Below are positions 16,261-24,269 of a stretch of 24,886 nt of DNA, one piece after another. The stretch's first letter is position 1, and each line of letters begins with the position of its first letter. Position numbers and translations under genes: made by a program. Source of the DNA: a virus (taxonomy: Duplodnaviria; Caudoviricetes); IMG/VR virus record IMGVR_UViG_3300031454_000246, positions 1 to 24,886 of that record; one strand, 5' to 3'. Below the pieces are notes generated by a model. The model saw nothing but the letters and a program-made list of their open reading frames with translations. It had not been told where the DNA came from and did no database searches.

Positions 16261-17079
16261 TCACAATCCGGTCAGCGCCGCGATCAATCCCGGCCCATCC
16301 ACGCCGCCCGGTTCCGGCGTCCCGTTGTTCGGCACGCGGCGCAGGTGGCAATTGCAGCCGACGTGGCCGGGGAACGAGGGCACCCGATCGGGTGCGTATG
16401 GCCCGCCCCGCGCGTTCTGGTCGCACACGTCGTGCTCGGCATGGCGAGACGATTTCTCCCACACCACGAGATCGCCCGCGCCGCGTGCCCTGGCGATCGT
16501 GGCGCTCCCATGGGCCAGGTTGACCTCATGCGCCGCGAGCCGCCGCGCCGACGAGAACGCCTGATCGCCGCGCACCGTGCGCCCCGCCGTGTCGGGCCGG
16601 ATGAAGCCCTTCAGTTCCCGTGCCAGCGCGTCCGGCCTCGTCCCGCGCGCCAGGCCCGCATCGAGCACGGCGGTCAGCCGCGCCCGCGCGTCCTCGCCCG
16701 CGAGCCAGATGCGGTCGGAGAGGGCGTGCCCGTGCGGGTCGCGCCAGGCGCGCGTCGAGGCGGACGCCGCGCCGGGCACGCCGCCGTCCGGGGCGGCAAC
16801 CTGCACCGCCGCGCGCGTCGAGGCGGCGAGGAGATGGGGGATCGTGCCCGCTGTGGCGTACCGCCGCTCGGCGTCCGCCGCGCTATCCCCGAAGAGGTGC
16901 GCGATGGTCGCATCCAGCCAGGTCACCAGCGCAGCACGCCCGGACGCGGTGATCGCGCCGCGCCGCCCCGCGCGCACGATGCGCTTCGCCAGGCCGTCCG
17001 CCACATCGACGAGCAGGGCCGCGAGCGCGACCGCGACCGCCTCCTGGAGCGCATCCCGCTGCGCGCGCTCATCGTCCAC
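16261..17079 (-). CDS. Minor head/morphogenesis protein (MuF / SPP1 gp7-like)
   Basis: LSDRIW, ARRLA.HE...AH, D.CD and P.H..C.C motifs; follows the portal. Confidence 0.85.
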   Translation of the reverse strand: MDDERAQRDALQEAVAVALAALLVDVADGLAKRIVRAGRRGAITASGRAALVTWLDATIAHLFGDSAADAERRYATAGTIPHLLAASTRAAVQVAAPDGGVPGAASASTRAWRDPHGHALSDRIWLAGEDARARLTAVLDAGLARGTRPDALARELKGFIRPDTAGRTVRGDQAFSSARRLAAHEVNLAHGSATIARARGAGDLVVWEKSSRHAEHDVCDQNARGGPYAPDRVPSFPGHVGCNCHLRRVPNNGTPEPGGVDGPGLIAALTGL

Positions 17080-18624
17080 TCAGGCCCCCTGTCCTAACTG
17101 CGCCCGCAGCGCCGCCGCCGGATCGACCGCCCCGGGTGGTGTGCCACCGACCGCGCCCGCCAGCGCACCATCCGCGCGTTGCTGATCGGTGCGCGCCTGC
17201 GCGACCTCCTGATCCACGTCGCCGACCGGCTCGCCGATCGCCGCGTTGCCGATCGCCAGCGTGGCGCGGTCGGAGAGCAAGCCCTCGTCGCGCAGGAACT
17301 GCACCCAGTCCCGCGTCAGCTGCCCCTCGCGGTCGGTGATGTCCGGCCAGGTGACGATCGTCGGCGCGTCGCCGACGATCTGCGAATCGCTCAGGCGGCG
17401 CTTGCGGAGCCAGATATCGGCCAGCTCGTGGAATCCGCCCGTCGCGACACTCCCCAGCAGCGGATCGGCGGGCGTGCCCTCGAACTGCCCCTGCTTCCCC
17501 TCGATGAATTTGAGGAACGGGGGCATCTGCTCGGAGACGCTGGCGTTGCTGCTGGCGACCGCCGTGCCCCAGATGAACTCGGGGATGCTCGAATGCTGCG
17601 CCAGCACCCAGAAGAGGATATTGAGGAGCGTCTGCGTGTCGGCCGCGAACGCCGCCGGGGAGGCCAGGCGGAACGACGCGCCCTCGCCGAGCACCTGCAC
17701 CTACTCCGGTGCCCAGTCCACGACCTTGCGGATCTGCCCGGTCGTCGGGTCCTCGACATCGCGCCCGAAGAGCGCCACAAACTGCTTCACATCCTTGATC
17801 CCCTCGAAGACCGGGGTGGGGCGGCCCATCAGCTTGTTCCCGGTGATCGCCCAGTTCAGCAGATCGTCGTAGCGGCGCAGCAAGGTCATCAGCGCGTAGA
17901 CCTCGGGCAGGCCGTAGACGTCGCCCGGCCCGCGTTCATTGGCCCAGTGGACCACGTCAATCCGCCCGATCGGGTTCGGCTCGTCGCTGATCAGCTGCCA
18001 GGCGGAGGGGATGTCGCGCGTCTTGGCGGAGCGCCGCTCCACGATACGCTGGGTGGCGGTGCGGGTGTCGCGGTAGAACCACTCGACCGCGACGCCGTTG
18101 GCGGCGCGCTCGACACGCCGCGCGTGGATCCGCACGGCCGCCGTGCCCCGCCCGTAGGGATCGAGTACCACCTCGACATCGGTCGGGGGGATGTGGACGA
18201 GCGCACCATCGTCATCGATGGCGATGTAGTGATCCCCGAGCTTCAGGCACTCGATCGCCCCCTGTAGGAAGTCGCGCTGATGGGCGGCCGTCCAGCGCGC
18301 GAGGAGCTGATTGGTATAGCTCGGCTCCTCGGTGACCGTGCCGTCCTCGGCCGTGGTGCGCGTGGGGGGCTCATCGATCCGGATCGCGACGCCGCGCCCG
18401 AGCGTGAAGTTGGCGATGTGCCGGACGATGCTCTTGACGAAGAGCCCGCCCATCTCGTAGCGGGGGAGGCGGCCGTGATAGAGGCGCTCATATGCCTCGT
18501 AGGGCAGGCGGCCGTAATCCGCCGCGACCGGCTGGATTGCGCTGGCGCGGCCCACCCCGTAGATCGTCTGCGACTCCGGTTTACCGCCAAGCATTTCGGC
18601 GACCTGCTGCTGTTCCGCGCTCAC
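17080..18624 (-). pseudogene. Portal protein interrupted by an in-frame TAG at 17701-17703
   Basis: Two abutting same-frame ORFs (307 + 206 aa) read ...DWAPE*VQVLGEG...; portal-like motifs GDHYI, VVHWANE....YG.PE and IPEFIWG; follows terL. Confidence 0.75.
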
Positions 18625-18625
18625 A

Positions 18626-20095
18626 TTACCCCCTGTACGCTTGCGGCGTCGTCGCGCCGAACGCGAATTGCTGGCTATCGCGCGGCTCGCGCAGATCCTG
18701 CCAGCTCCAGTAGCTCGCGTCGGTCAAGTCGAATGGCTTGGTGCGCGGGAACCGCCGCAGCGCGCGCTCCAGGGTTTCGTGCGTCCCCAGCACGTGCACG
18801 ATCTCGCCGCGCTCGTAATCGGGGAGCATCTGCGCGGCGCGATGCGCCTTCGGCCCGTGGCCTTGCCCGGCCTTCGCCGAGACAAACTGCGGGGCCTGAT
18901 CGCCGAGCAACCCCTCGGCGCGCAGCGAATCAACGGCGCGGGCGTAGACGCTATACCAGGTGTCGCCGCCCTGATCGGTCTCGACGCCAACCGTCAGGCT
19001 GCCCACCTCAACGGCCAGCAGAATAGCCCGGCGCAACACATCCTCGGGGCTCGTGCGTCCTTCCCACGAGCGCAGGCGGTAGATCGTGCCGTCCTCGGCC
19101 AGCCCATCGGCCTGGATACCATGCGAGTCGGACTGGTCGGTGTTGGTCACGGCGGGGTCGCACCAGACGGTTGAGCGGACGAGAATCGGCACCTCGTCGG
19201 CGCGGCAGTGGCGGAAGTCGAGATGGTCGAACATCCCGCCCGGCGCGTCCTGCACGTCATGCTGCGCCTCGGAGAGGAAGGCGGTCAGGCCCCATGCGTT
19301 GATCTGCTTCTCGCACGTCTCGACCGGTTGCCCCGCCCATGTCGCCGCACCGCCCACGATGACGTAGCGCGTGCGCCCGTCATCCTTCGTCACCTGATTC
19401 GTGGCGAGGTTGGTGATCGCCGGGTGCGGGCCGGAGACGATGCGCTCGGTGAGGAAGTCGGCGCGGCCGTCCGAGAGCTGGGCGAAGACACCATCGGGCA
19501 GGATCATGTTCTGCACCGCGAGCACCGCGAGGTCACCGGAACCTGCCGGCAGGAGCGCCCTGGTGATCGTCTTGATCTTCCGTGCGGTGGTCGCGGCGCT
19601 ATCGAGCCCGCCATCGATGTCGTCGAGCACCAGGATGTCGGGGCGCGCGTCTTCCAGCTTGACGCCGCGCGTGGCCGTGTCGAGGCCGATCGCATCGACC
19701 GTGAAGCCAGACGCCGTGCGGACGCGGTTGCGTCGCCAGCCTTTCGATGCGCCATGCTTTCCGACGAGACGATCGGCCATCGCGGGATAGACACCGGCCA
19801 GGGTGTCCGATTCGAGCAGCGCGGCGATCGTACCGACATGATCGTCTGCTTGCTCCTGCGTCTCGCAGACGTAGAGCGCGTACCTGCGCGACTCGCGCGC
19901 ACCGAGCATCACCGTGGCCAGCTCGGCGGTCGTGGATTTGGCCCCACCGCGCGGCCAAATGGCGACGAAGGGACGGGGGCGTTCGCCGGCCGTAATCGCC
20001 CAGGCCCAGGCCCACAGCGCGTGATGGCGGGCGGCGAAAGGTGCGGCGACATAGGACGGAAACAGCGCGCGAACCCACGCCTCATAATCCGTCTC
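18626..20095 (-). CDS. terL: Terminase large subunit (start uncertain)
   Basis: Walker A PRGGAKST, Walker B LVLDDID, RG motif, nuclease DPA and D..DA; frame open up to 20317. Confidence 0.9.
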   Translation of the reverse strand, partial: ETDYEAWVRALFPSYVAAPFAARHHALWAWAWAITAGERPRPFVAIWPRGGAKSTTAELATVMLGARESRRYALYVCETQEQADDHVGTIAALLESDTLAGVYPAMADRLVGKHGASKGWRRNRVRTASGFTVDAIGLDTATRGVKLEDARPDILVLDDIDGGLDSAATTARKIKTITRALLPAGSGDLAVLAVQNMILPDGVFAQLSDGRADFLTERIVSGPHPAITNLATNQVTKDDGRTRYVIVGGAATWAGQPVETCEKQINAWGLTAFLSEAQHDVQDAPGGMFDHLDFRHCRADEVPILVRSTVWCDPAVTNTDQSDSHGIQADGLAEDGTIYRLRSWEGRTSPEDVLRRAILLAVEVGSLTVGVETDQGGDTWYSVYARAVDSLRAEGLLGDQAPQFVSAKAGQGHGPKAHRAAQMLPDYERGEIVHVLGTHETLERALRRFPRTKPFDLTDASYWSWQDLREPRDSQQFAFGATTPQAYRG

Positions 20096-20507
20096 GATCG
20101 CCGCCGCGCGGGGCGACTTCGATGCTCCCTTCGAGGCGGTTGTCGTCTGGGGCTGGATCGGTTGGTCGGAAAGCAGCGAGAAGTCGGGTTGCCTTGTCAG
20201 CGGTGACCCCAAAGAAAACGGCAAGGTCGGCGGCGTTTTGCCGCGCGAGCCACTCGCTGTTGCGAGCAAACCGAAGTTGGGCGACCATCGTGTTGATGCT
20301 TTCCTCGACAAGACCATACACCAGCTCCCCGAGGTCCGTTTTTTGGGGTGGCACGGTGGGGGTGATAACTACCCCGCCGCTATCCCGCCAGCGCCTGATC
20401 GTCGTGCGGTCAACGCCGTACTTGCGCGCCGTAGCCCCGATGGACTCGCCCATCGCGAGGTCCGCGATCGCCGCCGCCTTCGTCTCGTCGCTGTGCGCCG
20501 TCGCCAC
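20082..20507 (-). CDS. terS: Terminase small subunit (HTH)
   Basis: HS.E.K...GESIGATARKYGV.R.TIRRW helix-turn-helix; directly upstream of terL. Confidence 0.75.
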   Translation of the reverse strand: MATAHSDETKAAAIADLAMGESIGATARKYGVDRTTIRRWRDSGGVVITPTVPPQKTDLGELVYGLVEESINTMVAQLRFARNSEWLARQNAADLAVFFGVTADKATRLLAAFRPTDPAPDDNRLEGSIEVAPRGGDRDGL

Positions 20508-20520
20508 TCACTGCCCGCCC

Positions 20521-20577
20521 CAAATAGCACAAGGCCGTCAGGATGCTCCCCACTTGCGGAGAACATTCCGGACGGCC
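20521..20577 (-). terminator. Leader hairpin with T-rich tail (attenuator-like) before the packaging operon
   Basis: GGCCGTC...GACGGCC long stem followed by TTGTGCTATTTG. Confidence 0.6.
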
Positions 20578-20606
20578 CAGGCACATCCCGTGAAGTTGAA
20601 TTATGG

Positions 20607-20846
20607 TCACGATTGTAGCGTACCGTGCGGCGGAGGCACAACCCCGCGCCCCGGCACCACGAACCACGGGGTGTCGAGACCGCACGCGCAGCGCAGCCAG
20701 ACGATCGCCCCGGTGACGATGAGGAAGGTCGCGTCGGAATCCGGGGTGAGGGTGACCGGGCCGCGCCGGTCGCGGGCGATGATGCCGAGCGTGCGCCCGC
20801 AGGTGCACAAAAAGGCGCGCGATGGAGTGTCGCTGTCGGCGTTCAT
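20607..20846 (-). CDS. Com-like zinc-ribbon protein (79 aa)
   Basis: FLCTCGRTLG...LRCACG; GAGGAGG SD. Confidence 0.7.
   Translation of the reverse strand: MNADSDTPSRAFLCTCGRTLGIIARDRRGPVTLTPDSDATFLIVTGAIVWLRCACGLDTPWFVVPGRGVVPPPHGTLQS
20612..20641 (-). promoter_or_regulatory. Candidate promoter for the packaging operon
   Basis: TTGTGC-N18-TACAAT inside the 3' end of the Zn-ribbon gene; 6 nt then CATAAT, the same geometry as at 14877. Confidence 0.55.
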
Positions 20847-20989
20847 AAGTTTACATCCTCCTCGCTGTGCACGAATGCCCCCTGCCCCGACCGTGCGGGC
20901 CAATGGCAACCGTGGACACACCGGCGCGGCCAATGTCAGGAAACGTCCGATGTTGACGATAGGCCGCGCGGGGGGCGGGCGGTCAGCGG

Positions 20990-21481
20990 TCAGCGGTCCT
21001 GATGCTGTGCGCGCATGACGCGCCCACGATACCCGCTACGTCGATGGATCGGCTCGGCGATCGGCTTGGTCGGCCCGCGCAATGACACCAACGCCACCAT
21101 CCGCTGTCGCAAAACCCGCAACAGGTCGCGGCGCATCTCCTCGCGATCATGACATGAGCGACAGAGGGTCAGGAGGTTCCCACGCTCGTTGGTACCGCCA
21201 GCGGTCAGCGCGAGCACATGGTGGATCGTCAAGCGCTCCCACGTGCCGCAACATTGGCAGCGATAGCCGTCGCGCTCGAAAATGGCGGTACGCTCCGCGC
21301 GCCGGAACCGCTTGCGGCTATGCTGGCCCCGCCCGCTACCGTGTCCGGGATTGCCCGCGCGTTCGTTACTCAGCCACTTTGTCATCGCCCTCATCGCGTG
21401 GTCCAGTCCGCCCGTATCTTGCGCCAGGAGGTCACGCGCCGCCCGCATATGGGCGGTCCACCCCGGCTGCTTCTTGCCCAT
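20990..21481 (-). CDS. HNH endonuclease
   Basis: IFERDGYRCQCCG...LTIHHV....GGTN...NLLTLCRSCH. Confidence 0.9.
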   Translation of the reverse strand: MGKKQPGWTAHMRAARDLLAQDTGGLDHAMRAMTKWLSNERAGNPGHGSGRGQHSRKRFRRAERTAIFERDGYRCQCCGTWERLTIHHVLALTAGGTNERGNLLTLCRSCHDREEMRRDLLRVLRQRMVALVSLRGPTKPIAEPIHRRSGYRGRVMRAQHQDR

Positions 21482-22012
21482 CTACGCCCCCGCTCCCGGC
21501 CCCGCCCCTGCCGTCCCCGCTGCGGGTCGCGCCGCCCCCGGTGGATCCGGCGCGGCGTGCTGGCGGGCGGCGAGTACCGCCAGGATCGCCGTGTCGAGGT
21601 CGTCGCGCCGTTCGCAGCACGCGGCCATATCCTCCGGCTCGAACTCGTCCACGCAGCGGCACAGCGCGTCCCAGGCGTAGCGCAGCCCGTCAGCCGCCGC
21701 CACGACCGCCCGGAGCGCGACGAGTTCGCGCGCCGCCTCAATCGGGGCGTGAATGACCCACTCGGTCAGCGCCTCTAATTCGTGATCGTAGTCGCACGCC
21801 GAGAGGAGTCCCGGTATCCGATCGTGTATGCTCCGTTTCGCCCCGCCCGCCGCCGTGTCGTCAATGACGCTGCCCGCCAGGAACGTGGGCAGCGTGGCCC
21901 AACTGTGCGCGCCTTGATGGCCCCGAGCATAGCCGCATGCCAAGGGCTCACCCTGCGCCCCCGAATAGCTGATCACCGCGCATAGGGTCAACGCGCTCGC
22001 CGTCATGCTCAT
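21482..22012 (-). CDS. Hypothetical protein
   Basis: GAGGAGG SD; ATGA overlap with the upstream gene; C...GH.G.H motif. Confidence 0.65.
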   Translation of the reverse strand: MSMTASALTLCAVISYSGAQGEPLACGYARGHQGAHSWATLPTFLAGSVIDDTAAGGAKRSIHDRIPGLLSACDYDHELEALTEWVIHAPIEAARELVALRAVVAAADGLRYAWDALCRCVDEFEPEDMAACCERRDDLDTAILAVLAARQHAAPDPPGAARPAAGTAGAGPGAGA

Positions 22013-22260
22013 CGGTCCTCCTCTGTGGTCGTGGCGCGGATAACCGCACGACAACGTTTACAGCCTGTCCAATCGCGCGGCTCGCCATCCTGCACGTTGA
22101 AATGCCAATATCCTGCGGTCGAGATGCCGCACGCCGTCCGAGCGTCCTTGCCGACATGGACGCCTTCCAAGTGCAGGACCACCCCAGGGTTACGGCGATC
22201 CTGCTCGGCGCTCCAGCAAAAACAGATCGTGTTGGGCGGAATCACTCTTGCTTGTGCCAT
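22009..22260 (-). CDS. Hypothetical Cys/His protein
   Basis: MAQARV...H...TACG...CKRC; translationally coupled. Confidence 0.65.
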   Translation of the reverse strand: MAQARVIPPNTICFCWSAEQDRRNPGVVLHLEGVHVGKDARTACGISTAGYWHFNVQDGEPRDWTGCKRCRAVIRATTTEEDR

Positions 22261-22292
22261 CGTCTCATCCTGCCCCCCTGGCGCGCCGCCGG

Positions 22293-22544
22293 TCAGCGCG
22301 GCGACGCGGCGTCGATCAATGCCTCGCGCCCTACCGTGATCAGGCAATCGGGGCGATGTGACGGCGGGCCATGCCGCTCTTCCGGGCCTTGTGCTTGGCA
22401 ATAAAAGCAGCGCCACTTGTCATTGTCAGCGTCATACCCCCATCCTGCCCACTCGTTCGCCGTCAACCCACGCAGCACGTTCCGCAAGAAGCCCCGCTCG
22501 TCCCGCAGCGCTTCAAGCAGTTTGCCGTAGCCAATGACCATCAT
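22293..22544 (-). CDS. Hypothetical protein
   Basis: GGGGAGGGG SD; CFYC...H..DC motif. Confidence 0.65.
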   Translation of the reverse strand: MMVIGYGKLLEALRDERGFLRNVLRGLTANEWAGWGYDADNDKWRCFYCQAQGPEERHGPPSHRPDCLITVGREALIDAASPR

Positions 22545-22588
22545 CGTCCCCCTCCCCTCTTGGCACGGCGCGCTGCCCCTTGTGGGTA

Positions 22589-22610
22589 CGGCCCGCGCCC
22601 GGTGCGCTAC
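22589..22610 (-). repeat. Stop-codon-associated 22-bp repeat, copy 1
   Basis: cggcccgcgcccggtgcgctac, identical to 23170-23191. Confidence 0.9.
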
Positions 22611-22795
22611 TCAGCGGTCTTACCCTCGGCCAGTGCTGCCTCGATGTCGCGCAGCGCCTGGTGCGCCGCGCGTGCCTGCAAGCGCAATACCTCGCGCAAC
22701 TGTTCGGGGGTCAGTGTGCGCCTCATCGGTTGGGCGACGGTGATCAACACCTCCTGTGCGTGCCGGAGTGCCGCAGACGCCCGCTGCTCATCCAT
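22607..22795 (-). CDS. Hypothetical protein (62 aa)
   Basis: GGAGGT SD; helical. Confidence 0.65.
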   Translation of the reverse strand: MDEQRASAALRHAQEVLITVAQPMRRTLTPEQLREVLRLQARAAHQALRDIEAALAEGKTAE

Positions 22796-22796
22796 G

Positions 22797-23147
22797 TCAG
22801 TTACCTCCCTTCGTCAGCGTCGTCACCGTGCGTCGCCCCGCCGTCCCGGTCCGCGCGATCGCCAGTTCTGGCAGCCAGGCATACCCCTGGCCCTCAATGT
22901 TCTCGCGGTAGCTAGCGGCGATCGCGCGCTCGAAAAACTGATCGTCGGACCGGATCAGCGCGTCGGTGCCCCGCTCATCTACGCCGATCAATGCCAGCAC
23001 CTGCACCAGCCGCGCATAGACGCGGCACACGCCAGCATATTCTGCCCACGCCCGATCCGACTGCTCCCCGACGGGGAGCGCGCTCACCAATGCCTAGAGC
23101 GTCGGCGGGTCGGACAGGTCGATCGGCTTCGCCTTTTTCTTTGCCAT
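22797..23147 (-). pseudogene. Hypothetical gene with an in-frame TAG at codon 18 (23094-23096)
   Basis: GGGAGGGGG SD, then MAKKKAKPIDLSDPPTL*ALVSALP..., continuing in frame into ORF 22797..23090. Confidence 0.6.
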
Positions 23148-23169
23148 CAGCCCCCTCCCCCCCTGCACC

Positions 23170-23191
23170 CGGCCCGCGCCCGGTGCGCTAC
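23170..23191 (-). repeat. Stop-codon-associated 22-bp repeat, copy 2
   Basis: Identical to 22589-22610. Confidence 0.9.
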
Positions 23192-23487
23192 GCATCCGGC
23201 TCATCGTCGCCATGTATCCGCGCCAAGGCATCCTCGGCGAGTTCACCATCGGGCAAAGCGGGCAATATCCCCACGAAGGCGCGTAACGGCATACGTTTCG
23301 CGGGCAGCGTCAACCGCACCGCCGCGAGCAAACCCTGTCCCATGTCGTCCGGCAGCCAGAGCGGATCGACCGCCACCTCCTTTTCGATCAGCGCCAACAA
23401 GCCCGCGCGCTGCTCCTGCGTCAACCAGCGCCCCTCGCTCTCCTCGGCGGTCGCCAATGCCCCGGCGATCAGCTGTGCGTGTGTCAT
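23188..23487 (-). CDS. Hypothetical protein (99 aa)
   Basis: GAGGGAG SD; stop lies inside the repeat. Confidence 0.65.
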   Translation of the reverse strand: MTHAQLIAGALATAEESEGRWLTQEQRAGLLALIEKEVAVDPLWLPDDMGQGLLAAVRLTLPAKRMPLRAFVGILPALPDGELAEDALARIHGDDEPDA

Positions 23488-23503
23488 CGTGTCTCCCTCT
23501 TCC

Positions 23504-23551
23504 CACCCGGCCCGCGCCTTTAGCCCGCTGCAAGTCGGGCCGGTGCGCTAC
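23504..23551 (-). repeat. Stop-codon-associated repeat, copy 3, split by a hairpin insert
   Basis: cacccggcccgcgcc + tttagcccgctgcaagtcgggc + cggtgcgctac. Confidence 0.8.
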
Positions 23552-23961
23552 TCGGCAGTCAATGTCGCCACGATCTCGGGAAAATCGCCCGGTCGCCAGA
23601 TGCGCCAATCGAGTCCCGCCGCGAGTAACTTCTGTCCCCACGCTGCTTGCGCTGGCCGCAGTCGCCCCTTCTCCGTTTTGCACTCGATGAACAGCGCCAC
23701 CGCGCCCCGAATCAGCACGAGATCAGGCCAGCCAGCATCGGAACCCCGGCTATCCAGCGTGTGATAACTGACCCACCGAAACCGTTCCGCCAAGCCCACC
23801 ACCAGCAGTTGGAAGTGCTCTTCGCTGATGCCCGCCTGGGGCGGCGCAGGAGCCACCAGCAACCTCGGCGGCGGCGTGTCGTCGGTGAGCGCGTCCAGGC
23901 GCACTTGCAGCGCCAGCGGGTAAGGGTAGCCCCGCGAACGCTTCGAGGATCGCTGGATCAT
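23548..23961 (-). CDS. VRR-NUC domain nuclease (PD-(D/E)xK; resolvase-like)
   Basis: GWPDLVL.....FIECK...GRL...Q..W. Confidence 0.9.
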   Translation of the reverse strand: MIQRSSKRSRGYPYPLALQVRLDALTDDTPPPRLLVAPAPPQAGISEEHFQLLVVGLAERFRWVSYHTLDSRGSDAGWPDLVLIRGAVALFIECKTEKGRLRPAQAAWGQKLLAAGLDWRIWRPGDFPEIVATLTAE

Positions 23962-24269
23962 TGCCCGGTCCTGATCCGCCGCAACTCGGCCACGAGGTTA
24001 TCGGTCGCCGGGCCAAGCGAAGCATGGGCGATCCCATTCTCGATGTCCTCAGCGCTAAGCCCGGCGCTCGGCCCGATACCGCGCAGCAGCATTGCCGCCC
24101 GCTGTTGGCTTGGCATGGCGACGTAGGAGCGCAGCAGCGTGGCGATCAGGCTCGACATGGCAAAGCAGTCGTCGGCGCTAACGTTATGCTCGGCTAAGAA
24201 GTCGCCGGAGAACGGATCCATCATCTCTTCGTATGCGCCCGCAAAAGCCTCGATCATGCCCTTCTTCAT
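23958..24269 (-). CDS. Hypothetical protein (103 aa)
   Basis: ATGA overlaps at both ends; AGGAAGG SD. Confidence 0.7.
   Translation of the reverse strand: MKKGMIEAFAGAYEEMMDPFSGDFLAEHNVSADDCFAMSSLIATLLRSYVAMPSQQRAAMLLRGIGPSAGLSAEDIENGIAHASLGPATDNLVAELRRIRTGQ

Noticed and set aside
20934-20960. Weak inverted repeat TGTCA...TGACG upstream of the Zn-ribbon gene
   Set aside because: Single, imperfect and not seen elsewhere in the window; cannot be supported as an operator
22586-22597. TnpB guide match to the junction repeat (9 nt, GCGGGCCGT) and to the terS leader stem (8 nt)
   Set aside because: Too short for such GC-rich DNA and not next to the inferred TAM
22589-23551. CRISPR or guide-RNA array
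   Set aside because: Spacing is hundreds of bases with genes in between, and no cas-like gene is recognisable
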